DNA of 64,000 nt from Acholeplasmataceae bacterium (GTDB taxonomy: Bacteria; Bacillota_I; Bacilli_A; Acholeplasmatales; Acholeplasmataceae): contig OY775910.1 in NCBI GenBank assembly GCA_963675245.1, positions 1,312,001 to 1,376,000 on the forward strand, in the 5' to 3' direction. The notes beneath the pieces are model-generated. The model was given only the letters and a program-made list of their open reading frames with translations. It ran no database searches and was not told the origin of the DNA. Positions 50,119 through 61,046 of this stretch are shown piece after piece. Position 1 is the stretch's first letter. Each line of letters starts with the position of its first letter. The position numbers were made by a program, and so were the translations under genes.

Positions 50119-50279
50119 GATGATCTCTCCTTAAATATTTAACTTAAATATAGTATATAACAATGCTTTTAAAAAAGACAAAATATCGAGCAAATAAGCC
50201 AAAAAGTTCAGTATATCATTGAATATTTGTCATGAAAACTGCTAAAATAAAATTACAATATAAATTAAGGGAGAAATTT

Positions 50280-50993
50280 ATGATTTCATTTGTAAAGAAA
50301 TTTAAGGACATCTTGAATGTTGAGCTACAACTTGTCATCGTTATTATCATTGCGATTTATACGTTGGCATTTAGGGTTGCTTATATAGGTGGCTTTTTCG
50401 CAGCTCTTACATCATTATTACCAATATTGTTAATTGTATGTTCATCAGTATTACTCGTCTTTTTCAAGAAACCATTAGCAGGACATGCAGTCTTACTGTT
50501 AGGATTATTTATAGATGGATTAACCAATTTTATAGGTGCATTATTTAATTTATCATTTGGTCCTTTTGTATATGCACCAGGGTTTACACCTCAACTATTC
50601 GTAAACCTTATTATATTTATTTATTTAACACTCATAGTTATCTCATATTTAATGGCAGGTGGCGTTAGCACAAATCCACTTAAAGGTAAAACATTCATGT
50701 TAGGTGTTTTACTATTCGTGTTCGTATGGTTACTTCAAGGTTTTTATATTGCTGTGACTGCTTTGGCATTACCTCTGATTGCACTATTTATAGGATTAGA
50801 ATTCCCTGCTTTGATACTTATGCTCGCTATTGTGATTGATGAACCTTTCATATTCATTAATGACGCGATAAACTTGTCACTTGGATCGAGTGATTTAACT
50901 TATTATTTTTACATGATAGGTGCTGTATTCTTTATTTATTTATTGGGAGTAGAAGTCTATAAAGCAATTAGAAGTAAAAACTATAAATCATAA
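50280..50993 (+). CDS. Hypothetical polytopic membrane protein
   Basis: Multiple TM segments, AAGGGAG RBS. Confidence 0.7.
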   Translation: MISFVKKFKDILNVELQLVIVIIIAIYTLAFRVAYIGGFFAALTSLLPILLIVCSSVLLVFFKKPLAGHAVLLLGLFIDGLTNFIGALFNLSFGPFVYAPGFTPQLFVNLIIFIYLTLIVISYLMAGGVSTNPLKGKTFMLGVLLFVFVWLLQGFYIAVTALALPLIALFIGLEFPALILMLAIVIDEPFIFINDAINLSLGSSDLTYYFYMIGAVFFIYLLGVEVYKAIRSKNYKS

Positions 50994-51065
50994 TAAAGTT
51001 ACACAATATCCACATTGTCACAAATGCCATGTCAAAAGGCATGGCATTTTTAATTGACATGATAT

Positions 51066-51142
51066 GCACTCGTAGCTCAGTTGGATAGAGCAGTGCCCTC
51101 CTAAGGCAAAGGTCGTGTGTTCGAATCACATCGGGTGCGCCA
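51066..51142 (+). tRNA. tRNA-Arg(CCT)
   Basis: Cloverleaf, anticodon loop CTCCTAA, CCA end. Confidence 0.93.
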
Positions 51143-51279
51143 TATAAAAAATAAGTCACTTTTTGAGTGACTTTTTTAATTTTGACATGAATATATGCCA
51201 TTGAAAACGCTTTACCACTAACAGTTTAAAGTAAATGTCGTTGTATCGTGATACAATAATCGTATAAGGGGACTTGATT

Positions 51280-51555
51280 ATGTTAAAAAACAAGACTTAC
51301 GCAAATGGACAAAAGACATATGAATTAAAAGATCATAAGATGACAGTCTTTTTTAAGAATGGTCTTGTTAAAGCACAAGGTTTGCTTGAAAATAATTTAA
51401 TGGAAGGCGAATGGATGTTTTATCGCAATTCTGGAGAATTATGGCAAATAGGTCACTTTACACATAATCAAAAGCATGGTACTTGGACAAGGTTCGATCG
51501 TGCTGGCAAGGTTGAAAAAAAAGAAGAGTTTGCTTTTGGCAAGCCGGTTAAATAG
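51280..51555 (+). CDS. MORN-variant repeat protein
   Basis: Repeats such as GEWMFYRNSGE and HGTWTRFDRAGK. Confidence 0.65.
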   Translation: MLKNKTYANGQKTYELKDHKMTVFFKNGLVKAQGLLENNLMEGEWMFYRNSGELWQIGHFTHNQKHGTWTRFDRAGKVEKKEEFAFGKPVK

Positions 51556-51563
51556 GGGGATTT

Positions 51564-51920
51564 ATGGAATTTGATTGGAATAAAGCAAGATCATTAGTTA
51601 ATCGTGTCAAAGCATTAGTATTTTTTATTAGCTATGATCGCAAAGAAAAAATTCTTAAAGGAAAAATTAAACGTTTTACAGGATATAAGACAGTTGCAAA
51701 ATTACCAGTGGTAGATAATCAGCGGTTTATCATCAATATGGATGTCAGTGAAGGAGAAGCATCATTTGTATTAGTTCAAAATGGTTTGGTCTTTCCACTT
51801 GAGAACATTTCTGCTACAGGAAATGTATCAGCACCTATTGAAAAAGGATTTGCTCGACTTCGATTAATTGGTGAAAAAGCATCATTGTCGTTTGCGATTA
51901 AAAAAATAGATGAAGCCTAA
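51564..51920 (+). CDS. Hypothetical protein
   Basis: ORF with RBS and downstream terminator. Confidence 0.6.
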   Translation: MEFDWNKARSLVNRVKALVFFISYDRKEKILKGKIKRFTGYKTVAKLPVVDNQRFIINMDVSEGEASFVLVQNGLVFPLENISATGNVSAPIEKGFARLRLIGEKASLSFAIKKIDEA

Positions 51921-51968
51921 GGGCTTCTTTTCTATTTTTCAGCAAAAACATGCTATAATATCAGCGTT

Positions 51969-53195
51969 ATGAAAAAATCAATTATTATTACATTAAGTTT
52001 CTTTTTATTACAGGGTATTATACATAATTTAGGACATCCTGTAACTCCAAAATTAGTGACTAGCCTTGGCATACCATCCTATATGTTTGGGATTTTTTTT
52101 GCCATGATGAGTGCAGGTTTGATGATAGGTGCACCCATTTGGGGTGTTTTAGGTGATCGTGGTGGTAAAAGATTTTACGCCTTTTTTGGTCTGATAGGTT
52201 ATTCGATAGGTCAAATTGGGTTTGCATATACAGAAGTAGAATCCATTATGGTTTTTTTCAGATTTTTAAGTGGATTTAGTGTTGCTGCATCTGTAACATT
52301 ACTAACTAGTTCAATTGTCGAATTGTCTGATAAAGGAAATCGCGCAAAGAATTTAGCGTTATCTGCTGCCATGACCGTACTTGGAGGATCAATTGGTTAT
52401 TATTTAGGTGGTTTACTCGGTTCTAATGATGCAGTGATGACATTTTTACATATCAGCGAATTAAAACATGTCTTTTTAATACAAGCAATTGTTAATGTTT
52501 TATATGGTGTTTATATCTTGCTAGCATTTCAAGAAAGTCGAGATAAGAATCCACAAAAAGAACACCTTAACTTTTTTACAAGTCTTAAGGAAACAACTAA
52601 AATTAAAAAGAGTTTATTATTCTTCTTATTGGCATTAACATTTATCACAATGGGTGTGACAAATTTGGGTAAATTTATTGATGTTTATTTCAATGATCTG
52701 GGATACAGTCCTGGTGATTTAGGTACATTTGTCATGGTTACAGGTTATGTATCGCTTGCTACTAGTATCTTTATTGTCCCAATTGTTGCGAAATTTAAAA
52801 AGCGATTATTACTACTGACTATCTTACAAGTATTAAACGCATTCATTATATTTTATGTATTCAGAGCAAGTAACTTCATGTTAGCTATTTATACGGTTTA
52901 TTTGTTATATATGGTGTTTAGATCCATTTATCAACCTTTGGAACAAAGTTACATTTCAGAACATGCTGTTGATAATAGGTATGGCGCAATCATGGGCGTA
53001 AGACAGTCATTTTATTCATTAGGTATGGTCATTGGACCTTTAGTGGGTGGCTTCTTATATAATATGTCACCGTTATTGCAGTTTGATGCAGCAGCGATTA
53101 CATTTTTAATTGGTGTGTCATTATTAGGCTTAACATATTATTTCCAAAAGAAAGAAAATAAATTAGCGAATGAATCTTCAAAAGGATTAGCCTAA
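51969..53195 (+). CDS. MFS transporter
   Basis: GVLGDRGGKR motif A, about 12 TMs. Confidence 0.9.
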   Translation: MKKSIIITLSFFLLQGIIHNLGHPVTPKLVTSLGIPSYMFGIFFAMMSAGLMIGAPIWGVLGDRGGKRFYAFFGLIGYSIGQIGFAYTEVESIMVFFRFLSGFSVAASVTLLTSSIVELSDKGNRAKNLALSAAMTVLGGSIGYYLGGLLGSNDAVMTFLHISELKHVFLIQAIVNVLYGVYILLAFQESRDKNPQKEHLNFFTSLKETTKIKKSLLFFLLALTFITMGVTNLGKFIDVYFNDLGYSPGDLGTFVMVTGYVSLATSIFIVPIVAKFKKRLLLLTILQVLNAFIIFYVFRASNFMLAIYTVYLLYMVFRSIYQPLEQSYISEHAVDNRYGAIMGVRQSFYSLGMVIGPLVGGFLYNMSPLLQFDAAAITFLIGVSLLGLTYYFQKKENKLANESSKGLA

Positions 53196-53334
53196 ATGCT
53201 AATCTTTTTTTTAAAAATCAGTTTACTTTCAATGGTTAAATAAATTAGTCTAGCATGGTATTACACCCTGTCTTAAAGATTACATATGTTATAATTAATG
53301 TAGTAAGTAGGATGTTTAAAAAGAGAGATAATAT

Positions 53335-53964
53335 ATGAGAAAAACCATAACTTATCACAATAACACACCGATCATTGATGAGCTAATACAAAAAGATCCG
53401 CACTTAAAATCATTGTTTGAAGAAATTGATCATGTATCTATAACGCGTTCTGATAATTATTTTTTATCTTTAGTTGGATCAATCATCAGTCAACAGTTGT
53501 CTGGAAAAGTTGCTGATGTTATTTACAATCGTTTTTTGAATCATTATCAAAATGATGTAACACCACTTAAGGTCATACATACTGATGATGAAGATTTAAG
53601 ACAATTAGGTATCTCATATCAAAAGATTAGTTATTTGAAATCCTTGTCGTCCATGATTGTATCAGGTGAAATCAATATTGAAGATTTTATCCATCTGAAT
53701 GATGAGTCTATTATCGAAGAACTGATTAAAGTCAAAGGTATCGGTAGATGGACTGCACAAATGTTTCTCATGTTTTCATTAGGCAGAGAAGATGTTGCTG
53801 CACCACTTGATTTAGGACTTAGAAAAGCTTATTCAAGATTAATTGATAAAGAAGTTAGTGTGAAAGAATTTGAGCAGATTTGCGAGAAATGGATACCATA
53901 TCGATCCATTGTTTCTTTCTTTTTATGGAAATCAACAGATAAACCTAAGGAGAATAAATCATGA
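53335..53964 (+). CDS. alkA: DNA-3-methyladenine glycosylase II (AlkA-like)
   Basis: IISQQLS, HhH KGIGRWTA, DLG. Confidence 0.88.
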   Translation: MRKTITYHNNTPIIDELIQKDPHLKSLFEEIDHVSITRSDNYFLSLVGSIISQQLSGKVADVIYNRFLNHYQNDVTPLKVIHTDDEDLRQLGISYQKISYLKSLSSMIVSGEINIEDFIHLNDESIIEELIKVKGIGRWTAQMFLMFSLGREDVAAPLDLGLRKAYSRLIDKEVSVKEFEQICEKWIPYRSIVSFFLWKSTDKPKENKS

Positions 53965-55325
53965 AAGACATCATTTTTGTTATATTTGGATCGACTGGAG
54001 ATTTGACATCCAGAAAATTATTACCTGCGATTACAAAACTCTATCAAAGTAATGAAATGTCCAGAAATATTCGTGTGTTTGCTTTAGGTAGAAGAGAAAT
54101 GGATACTGATTCGTATCTTGATTACATTGAAGCGCATATGAATGGAAAAATGAAACGCGATATTTTAAAAGAGATTGTTCAATATCATAACATACAAATT
54201 ACAGAACGTGATGGTTATAAGGTTTTAAAAACGATTATTGATCGTGAAAAAGGTCCTGACACTAAAGAATTATATTATTTAGCCATTGGCCCTGAATTGT
54301 TTGGCACGGTTGCGGATCATATTCATGCATCACACATTGTTGAACATGGTAATTTGAATCAATCGATTGTTTTTGAAAAACCATTTGGACATGATTTACA
54401 AAGTGCTAAAGACGTTAATCAATTATTATGGACATATTTTGATGAAAAACAAATTTATCGTATTGATCACTATTTAGGTAAAGAGATGATACAAAATATC
54501 ATCATGGTGCGTTTTGCTAATCGTATCTTTGAAGAATTATGGCATAATAGAACGATTAAGTCGATTAAAATTATTGCCAAGGAATCTGATGGTATTTTAT
54601 CTAGAGCAGGTTATTATGACCAATCTGGGGCTTTAAAAGACATGGTTCAATCACATTTGTTGCAAATGTTAAGCCTTGTGGCGATGGATACACCTTTAAG
54701 CTATCATAGTCAAGATGTGACCGACGAAAAGGTTCATGCTTTAAAGCATTTAAGCTTTGATGAGGAATCGATGATTTTCGGACAATATAAAGGATATTTA
54801 AATGAAAAAAATATTCAACCTGATTCAAAAACGGATACTTTTATCTTTTTAAAAGCTTTTGTTAATACGCCCAGATTTAAAGGTGTACCTTTCTATTTAA
54901 TGACTGGTAAAAAATTAGATAAAAAAGAATCAGTGATTATTGTTGAATTTGAAGCAACTACTGAACAAAGAAAATGGGATTTAGCATTATCAACAAATAA
55001 ACTTTATATAAAAATTGCCCCTGAAGATGGTTTTGGATTGGAATTAAATTCCAAAGTGCCTGGGTTGACTAATAATGTAACAGATGTTGAATTGGAATAT
55101 TGTGTCGCATGTAATGCGTATGGTAATATGCCAGAAGCGTATGAAAAATTACTATTAGATATAACAAATGGTCATAAGACCTTATTTACAAGATGGGATG
55201 AAATCGAATATTCTTGGGCTTTTATTGATGCTGTTAAAGCCGTTAAACCTGAACTAGTGATTTATAACGACTATGATGAGTTAAAGACTTTAATAAAGGC
55301 GAAAACTAAGGAGGATATGATATGA
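53961..55325 (+). CDS. zwf: Glucose-6-phosphate 1-dehydrogenase
   Basis: FGSTGDL, EKPFG, RIDHYLGKE. Confidence 0.96.
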   Translation: MKDIIFVIFGSTGDLTSRKLLPAITKLYQSNEMSRNIRVFALGRREMDTDSYLDYIEAHMNGKMKRDILKEIVQYHNIQITERDGYKVLKTIIDREKGPDTKELYYLAIGPELFGTVADHIHASHIVEHGNLNQSIVFEKPFGHDLQSAKDVNQLLWTYFDEKQIYRIDHYLGKEMIQNIIMVRFANRIFEELWHNRTIKSIKIIAKESDGILSRAGYYDQSGALKDMVQSHLLQMLSLVAMDTPLSYHSQDVTDEKVHALKHLSFDEESMIFGQYKGYLNEKNIQPDSKTDTFIFLKAFVNTPRFKGVPFYLMTGKKLDKKESVIIVEFEATTEQRKWDLALSTNKLYIKIAPEDGFGLELNSKVPGLTNNVTDVELEYCVACNAYGNMPEAYEKLLLDITNGHKTLFTRWDEIEYSWAFIDAVKAVKPELVIYNDYDELKTLIKAKTKEDMI

Positions 55326-55942
55326 AACGATATGATGTCACGATGACGATTGATCAAGATATGCAAGTGTATAAAAATATGGCTTCTAAAAAACCAGTGT
55401 TTGATGTCATTGCTGATTTTGATCGTTATGATTATCATGAAACGAATATCACGATGAATGTGCATACTGGCACGCATATGGATTTCCCACTTCACATGAT
55501 CAAAGATGGTGAGACATCATCGATGCTCGATTTAAACCGTATGATTGGCACGGTGAAAGTATTCGATTTAACTCATGTGATGGATGCCATTACGAAAGAA
55601 GATGTAGAACAGTTAGCTATCGCACCTAAAGATAATGTTTTTTTTAAAACCTCAAATAGTTTCTCTGACTCTTTTGAACCTGAGTTTATTTATATTAAAC
55701 ATGATGCAGCTGATTATCTATCTGCACTGAAGTTAAATATTGTCGGTGTTGATGGGTTAGGTGTTGAACGAGGACAACCTGGTCATCCGACACATCTTGC
55801 TTTCATGGCCTCTCATACGTATATTATCGAAGGCTTAAGGTTAAAAGAAATAGATGCTGGTATTTACTATATGTATGCATTACCTTTGAAAATAAACGGT
55901 ATGGACGCATTACCTATGCGCGTCATTTTAGAGGATGTATGA
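55322..55942 (+). CDS. Cyclase family (kynurenine formamidase-like) protein
   Basis: HTGTHMDFPLH motif. Confidence 0.88.
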   Translation: MKRYDVTMTIDQDMQVYKNMASKKPVFDVIADFDRYDYHETNITMNVHTGTHMDFPLHMIKDGETSSMLDLNRMIGTVKVFDLTHVMDAITKEDVEQLAIAPKDNVFFKTSNSFSDSFEPEFIYIKHDAADYLSALKLNIVGVDGLGVERGQPGHPTHLAFMASHTYIIEGLRLKEIDAGIYYMYALPLKINGMDALPMRVILEDV

Positions 55943-56475
55943 TTAGATTAGCAATATTAAAAGATATCAATCAAATTTGGAAATTAAGATGTATGACATC
56001 TGATTTGCTTCATGAGCGAGGTATTGATCAATGGCAGTCTCAATTTCCAACGAAAGAACAATTTATCAATGATATCAATACTGAAGAGTTTTACGTGATG
56101 GAAGTTGATCATAAAATCATTGGTATGATGGCATTAAAGTCAGGTGTTGAGCCAACTTATGATGTCATATATGATGGCAATTGGCACGAAAATTTACCAT
56201 ACATGACCATCCATAGGATTGCCGTTGATCGTGCATATAAATCGCATGGTTATGGCTTAAAATTACTTGATTTTGCCAAGAAAAAAGCATCCACTTTAGG
56301 CTATCATTACATGCGCATTGATACACATGAAGATAATCAAGCAGCCATTAGACGTTTTACCCAATTTGGGTTTGTTTACTGTGGCTATATTTTATTATCT
56401 GAAGATCATCCAACAACACGTAAACGACTCGCTTATGATATGACATGGGAGATAAAGCATGAAAATTCTAATTAA
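55939..56475 (+). CDS. GNAT N-acetyltransferase
   Basis: HRIAV...GYG, RIDTHEDN. Confidence 0.85.
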   Translation: MIRLAILKDINQIWKLRCMTSDLLHERGIDQWQSQFPTKEQFINDINTEEFYVMEVDHKIIGMMALKSGVEPTYDVIYDGNWHENLPYMTIHRIAVDRAYKSHGYGLKLLDFAKKKASTLGYHYMRIDTHEDNQAAIRRFTQFGFVYCGYILLSEDHPTTRKRLAYDMTWEIKHENSN

Positions 56476-57376
56476 TTCAAAACATTTTAATATGTCAGAA
56501 TTTAAATTATTAATAACACATCTTGATGATGTGACTTTTACTGATGATTTCAATGATCTCGACATTGATGCAATGATTACATGGCCAAGTGCCATTAGGG
56601 CTGACATATTGGATCAATATCCTGATTTAAAACTTATTATGCTACCTTCAGCTGGTTATGATAAAGCCGATTTATCTTACCTCAAAAAACGTCAAATTGT
56701 TTTGACAAATGCACGCGGTGTTTATGACATTCAAATTGCTGAAGACGTTCTTTCGAAAATATTATATTTCAATCGAAACATGAGATTATTTCAAGAGAAT
56801 ATGAATCAATCTATATGGCATTATGAAGGTTCGTTTGCAGAGATTTATGGTAGTACTGTTGGTATCATCGGTGCTGGATCCATTGGTCAGAGGATTGCAA
56901 AAGTTATGAAAGGTTTTGATGCACATGTCATTGGTTATCGAAGAAATGAAGAACCACTACCTGACTTTAATCAAATATATACAGGTGATAAAGGCTTACA
57001 AAAACTTTTAAAGGTAAGTGATTATGTTATTTTAGCAGTACCCTTGAACGATAAAACGACATATTTGATTGATGAAGATGCATTAAGATTAATGAAAAAA
57101 AATGCGCTCATAATTAACATTGCAAGAGGTAAAGTAATTGAACAAAATGCACTAATTAAGGCACTAAACGAAGGATGGATTAGAGGTGCTGCACTTGATG
57201 TCACCGAGATAGAGCCATTACCGTCTGAAAGCCCATTATGGCATGCTAAAAACCTCTTCATTTCACCACATGTAGCGGGGAGTTCACCGAAAGCGCATAC
57301 ACGAGTTAATGCCTTACTAGAAAGATTAATCAATCAATTTAGATCTAATGAGCCAATCGACAATAGAATTTGCTAA
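56459..57376 (+). CDS. D-2-hydroxyacid dehydrogenase
   Basis: GAGSIG, INIARG, LDV..EP, PHVAG. Confidence 0.9.
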   Translation: MKILINSKHFNMSEFKLLITHLDDVTFTDDFNDLDIDAMITWPSAIRADILDQYPDLKLIMLPSAGYDKADLSYLKKRQIVLTNARGVYDIQIAEDVLSKILYFNRNMRLFQENMNQSIWHYEGSFAEIYGSTVGIIGAGSIGQRIAKVMKGFDAHVIGYRRNEEPLPDFNQIYTGDKGLQKLLKVSDYVILAVPLNDKTTYLIDEDALRLMKKNALIINIARGKVIEQNALIKALNEGWIRGAALDVTEIEPLPSESPLWHAKNLFISPHVAGSSPKAHTRVNALLERLINQFRSNEPIDNRIC

Positions 57377-57425
57377 ATAGACATAAGTGAGTGTTGAACA
57401 CTCACTTTTTTTTACCCTAAAACAG

Positions 57426-57482
57426 TTGACAAAATAAGATAGTATGATAGAATAAGACATAGATATTTTGAAATTCAAAATA
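57426..57482 (+). promoter_or_regulatory. acc/fab promoter with a perfect palindromic operator
   Basis: TTGACA-16 nt-TAGAAT (extended TG), then TATTTTGAA-A-TTCAAAATA. Confidence 0.7.
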
Positions 57483-57571
57483 ATTATGTTTTTAACAATA
57501 AATATGATTTTATGTAACCTTAGTTACAATCGATTAAAAAAATCAAAAATAAAGGGTTAAAGCGTGAAAAT

Positions 57572-58006
57572 ATGACAATCAAAGAAATACAAGGAATCAT
57601 TAAGGATTTTGAAAAGTCAAGTTTAAGGACACTTGAAATTGAAGCAGATGGTGTTAAGATCAAATTATCAAAGAATGAGTATAATGAAACATTCATACCT
57701 ACGACGATAAAAGAAGTTCATCAAGAACCAGTTGTAGCAACCAGTCATAAAGTTAATGGACACACTGTAAATGCACCCCTTGTTGGTACATATTATAGTG
57801 CCTCAACACCGGGTGGCGACCCATTTGTAACAGTTGGACAACCTGTTAAAAAAGGTGATGTTGTTTGTATTATAGAAGCGATGAAAATCATGAATGAAAT
57901 TACAGCACAAACGGATGGAAAAATAGGCGAAATTCTTGTAAAAGACAAGGACGTTGTGAGTTTTGATCAACCTCTCATGACGATTGTGAAGGATTATGAA
58001 GCATAA
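57572..58006 (+). CDS. accB: Biotin carboxyl carrier protein
   Basis: EAMKIMNEI. Confidence 0.95.
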   Translation: MTIKEIQGIIKDFEKSSLRTLEIEADGVKIKLSKNEYNETFIPTTIKEVHQEPVVATSHKVNGHTVNAPLVGTYYSASTPGGDPFVTVGQPVKKGDVVCIIEAMKIMNEITAQTDGKIGEILVKDKDVVSFDQPLMTIVKDYEA

Positions 58007-59360
58007 AGTATTAATTGCCAACCGTGGGGAGATTGCTGTCAGAATTATTCGTGCTTTAAAAGAATTGGGAATTGAAACGGTCGCTGTTTATGCGAAAGCC
58101 GATAAAGATAGTTTACACGTGAAGCTTGCTGACGAAGCGATTTGTATAGGTGAAGCAGCAAGTAAAGATAGTTATTTAAATATGAATCAAGTATTAAGTG
58201 CTGCTGTGGCAACAGGATCGAATGCGATTCATCCTGGTTACGGCTTTTTGTCTGAAAATCCAACATTTGTTGAAATGGTCGAAAGTTGTGGGATTAAATT
58301 TATTGGTCCAAAAGCATCATCCATTAAACTAGCAGGGGATAAAGCAGCTGCAAGAAAAGCTGCTAAGAAGGCGAATATTCCTATTGTAGAAGGTAGTGAG
58401 GATGTCGTCGAAGATGTAGAAGAAGGATTAAAGATTGCAAAAACGATTGGTTATCCTGTCATGATTAAAGCTGCAAGTGGTGGTGGTGGTCGAGGTATAT
58501 CTATTGCGAGATCACCGAAAGAATTTAAAGATGCATTTAATCGAACATCATTAGAAGCTGAATCTAGTTTTGGTAATCCGATGTTATATGTTGAGAAATT
58601 TATTGAATCTCCAAGACATGTTGAAATCCAAATATTAGCGGATGAATATGGTAATGTGATTCATTTGTTTGAAAGAGATTGCAGCATGCAACGAAGAAAT
58701 CAAAAGATGATTGAAGAAACACCATCCCCATTTATTTCAGACAGTGTGAGACATAAATTAGGATTAGCTGCTGTTCGTCTAGCGAAGGCGATAAAATATG
58801 AGAATGCAGGTACAGTTGAGTTTTTAGTTGATCAAAAAGGCGACTTCTATTTTATTGAAATGAATACGAGAATTCAGGTTGAACATCCAATAACTGAATT
58901 AGTAACTGGTGTCGATCTAGTGAAAGAACAAATTCGGATTGCCTATGGTAAAGAACTTGATATGAAACAACGTGATATCAAACCGACAGGTTGTGCGATT
59001 GAATGTCGAATTAATGCAGAAGATCCATTAAATAATTTTATGCCAACCCCAGGTAAAATTACAAATGTGTTATTTCCTGGTGGATTAGGTGTCAGATTAG
59101 ATACGCATATTTATCCTGGTTATGTCGTACCACCATTTTATGATTCTATGCTAGCTAAACTTATCGTGCATGCACCAACGAGATTAGAAGCGATAAGAAA
59201 AATGAGGGTTGCTTTAGAACAGTTTATGGTAGAGGGTATTAAAACCAATATTGAATATCAATACCTTATTATGCATAATCCTGATTTTATTAAAGGTAAT
59301 TATGATACTGGATTTATCGAAAGATTTAATAATTTGGTAAAGGATGTTGACGATGAATGA
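57996..59360 (+). CDS. accC: Biotin carboxylase
   Basis: ANRGEIA, GGGGRG, EMNTRIQVEH. Confidence 0.97.
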   Translation: MKHKVLIANRGEIAVRIIRALKELGIETVAVYAKADKDSLHVKLADEAICIGEAASKDSYLNMNQVLSAAVATGSNAIHPGYGFLSENPTFVEMVESCGIKFIGPKASSIKLAGDKAAARKAAKKANIPIVEGSEDVVEDVEEGLKIAKTIGYPVMIKAASGGGGRGISIARSPKEFKDAFNRTSLEAESSFGNPMLYVEKFIESPRHVEIQILADEYGNVIHLFERDCSMQRRNQKMIEETPSPFISDSVRHKLGLAAVRLAKAIKYENAGTVEFLVDQKGDFYFIEMNTRIQVEHPITELVTGVDLVKEQIRIAYGKELDMKQRDIKPTGCAIECRINAEDPLNNFMPTPGKITNVLFPGGLGVRLDTHIYPGYVVPPFYDSMLAKLIVHAPTRLEAIRKMRVALEQFMVEGIKTNIEYQYLIMHNPDFIKGNYDTGFIERFNNLVKDVDDE

Positions 59361-60225
59361 TTTTATTGAAGAACGGAAGAAGAGACTAGATCGTTTCAAG
59401 AAAACTGTTCGTAAAAAGACGACAACATCAGAACCAATCGATATTCCAAGTGGTTTATTCATAAAATGTGATCGTTGTCAAGCAGCTATATATGAAAAAA
59501 ACTTAAAAGCCAATCAACTTATATGTCCATATTGTGACTACCATTTTAGAATGTCTTCATTAGAACGCATGGATAGTATTGTTGATACAGGTTCTTTTAA
59601 ACCTTTATTTGAAGATGTGACGTCTTTGAATCCATTAGAAATGGAAGGGTATGAAGAAAAAATTCTAAGAGCTAAAACAATCAGTTCATTAAGCGAAGCT
59701 TTTTATTCAGGTACAGCTAAGATTGTTGGTTTACAAGTTGCAATTGGTGTATTAGATAGCTTTTTTATGATGGGAAGTATGGGAAGTGCCGTTGGTGAAC
59801 GCGTAACGAGACTAATTGAGTACGCAATGGCAGAAAAATTACCTCTCATCATTTTTTCTGCTAGTGGTGGTGCAAGAATGCAAGAAGGTATTCTATCCCT
59901 CATGCAAATGGCGAAAACCTCAGCTGCATTAGCTAAGTTAGATGAAGCAGGTCTGCTCTATATAAGTATTTTGACAAATCCAACCACTGGTGGTGTTGCT
60001 GCAAGTTTTGCGTCGTTAGGTGATGTCATTATTGCTGAAAAATCAGCATTAATTGGATTTGCAGGTGCAAGAGTGATTAAACAAACGATTAATCAAGATT
60101 TACCTAAGGGATTTCAAACAGATGAATTTCAACTAAAACACGGACAAGTGGATATGGTTATTGGACGTAAAGATATGCGTAAAACACTATATCAATTGTT
60201 GCAGTTACATGGGGTGAAATCATGA
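59353..60225 (+). CDS. accD: Carboxyltransferase beta subunit
   Basis: Zn finger, GSMG, SGGARMQEG. Confidence 0.96.
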   Translation: MNDFIEERKKRLDRFKKTVRKKTTTSEPIDIPSGLFIKCDRCQAAIYEKNLKANQLICPYCDYHFRMSSLERMDSIVDTGSFKPLFEDVTSLNPLEMEGYEEKILRAKTISSLSEAFYSGTAKIVGLQVAIGVLDSFFMMGSMGSAVGERVTRLIEYAMAEKLPLIIFSASGGARMQEGILSLMQMAKTSAALAKLDEAGLLYISILTNPTTGGVAASFASLGDVIIAEKSALIGFAGARVIKQTINQDLPKGFQTDEFQLKHGQVDMVIGRKDMRKTLYQLLQLHGVKS

Positions 60226-61046
60226 ACGCATGGGATCGTGTACAACTAGCAAGACATCCGAAAAGACCAACAGCAGAAGTGTTAGTTAAAGCCTTATTTA
60301 CGGATTTTATTGAAATGCATGGAGATCGTTCATATGGTGATGATCGTGCAATTATTGGCGGTATTGCATCATTTAAAGGAAAACCTGTAACGATTATCTA
60401 TGAAGAAAAAGGTCGAACAACGGCTGAAAAGATTGAACACAATTTTGGTATGCCACATCCTGAGGGATATAAGAAAGCATTGCGTTTAATGAAACAAGCA
60501 GAGAAATTCAAAAGACCCATTATCACAATTATTGACACACCAGGTGCTTATCCAGGTATTGAAGCTGAAGAGCGTGGACAAGCCAGAGCGATTGCTGATA
60601 ATTTAATGCAAATGAGTAGACTGAACACACCTGTTTTAACGATTGTGTTATCGGAAGGTGGATCTGGTGGTGCATTAGCGATTGGCGTTGCAGATTATTT
60701 ATTTATGTTCGAAAATGCCATTTATTCGATTTTATCACCAGAAGGTTTTGCATCTATTTTGTATAAGGATGCTAATAAAGCGAAAGATATTGCACCTTTA
60801 ATGAAACTAACAGCAGAAGATTTATTATCCTTTCATGTGATTGATGAAATCATACCTGAAGGAGATGGATTGCACGTTGATCAAAGAACAGGATTTAAAC
60901 TTTTAGAAGAAGCAATCATTAAATCCTTAAGCACTATATCAAAAATGAAAATGAAAGATCGTTTAGACAAACGATATCTCAAATATAGACAAATGGGATT
61001 ATTTCAAGAAGGAGATATTAATGAAACCAATAAACATAGCCATTAA
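60222..61046 (+). CDS. accA: Carboxyltransferase alpha subunit
   Basis: HGDR, DTPGAYPG, EGGSGGAL. Confidence 0.96.
   Translation: MNAWDRVQLARHPKRPTAEVLVKALFTDFIEMHGDRSYGDDRAIIGGIASFKGKPVTIIYEEKGRTTAEKIEHNFGMPHPEGYKKALRLMKQAEKFKRPIITIIDTPGAYPGIEAEERGQARAIADNLMQMSRLNTPVLTIVLSEGGSGGALAIGVADYLFMFENAIYSILSPEGFASILYKDANKAKDIAPLMKLTAEDLLSFHVIDEIIPEGDGLHVDQRTGFKLLEEAIIKSLSTISKMKMKDRLDKRYLKYRQMGLFQEGDINETNKHSH

Noticed and set aside
32148..51142. Similarity between the two tRNA-Arg genes as attL/attR of a 19-kb element
   Set aside because: Both are complete isoacceptors with different anticodons, and core-type genes lie between them.
50968..51201. 77-aa minus-strand ORF
   Set aside because: Antisense to tRNA-Arg(CCT).
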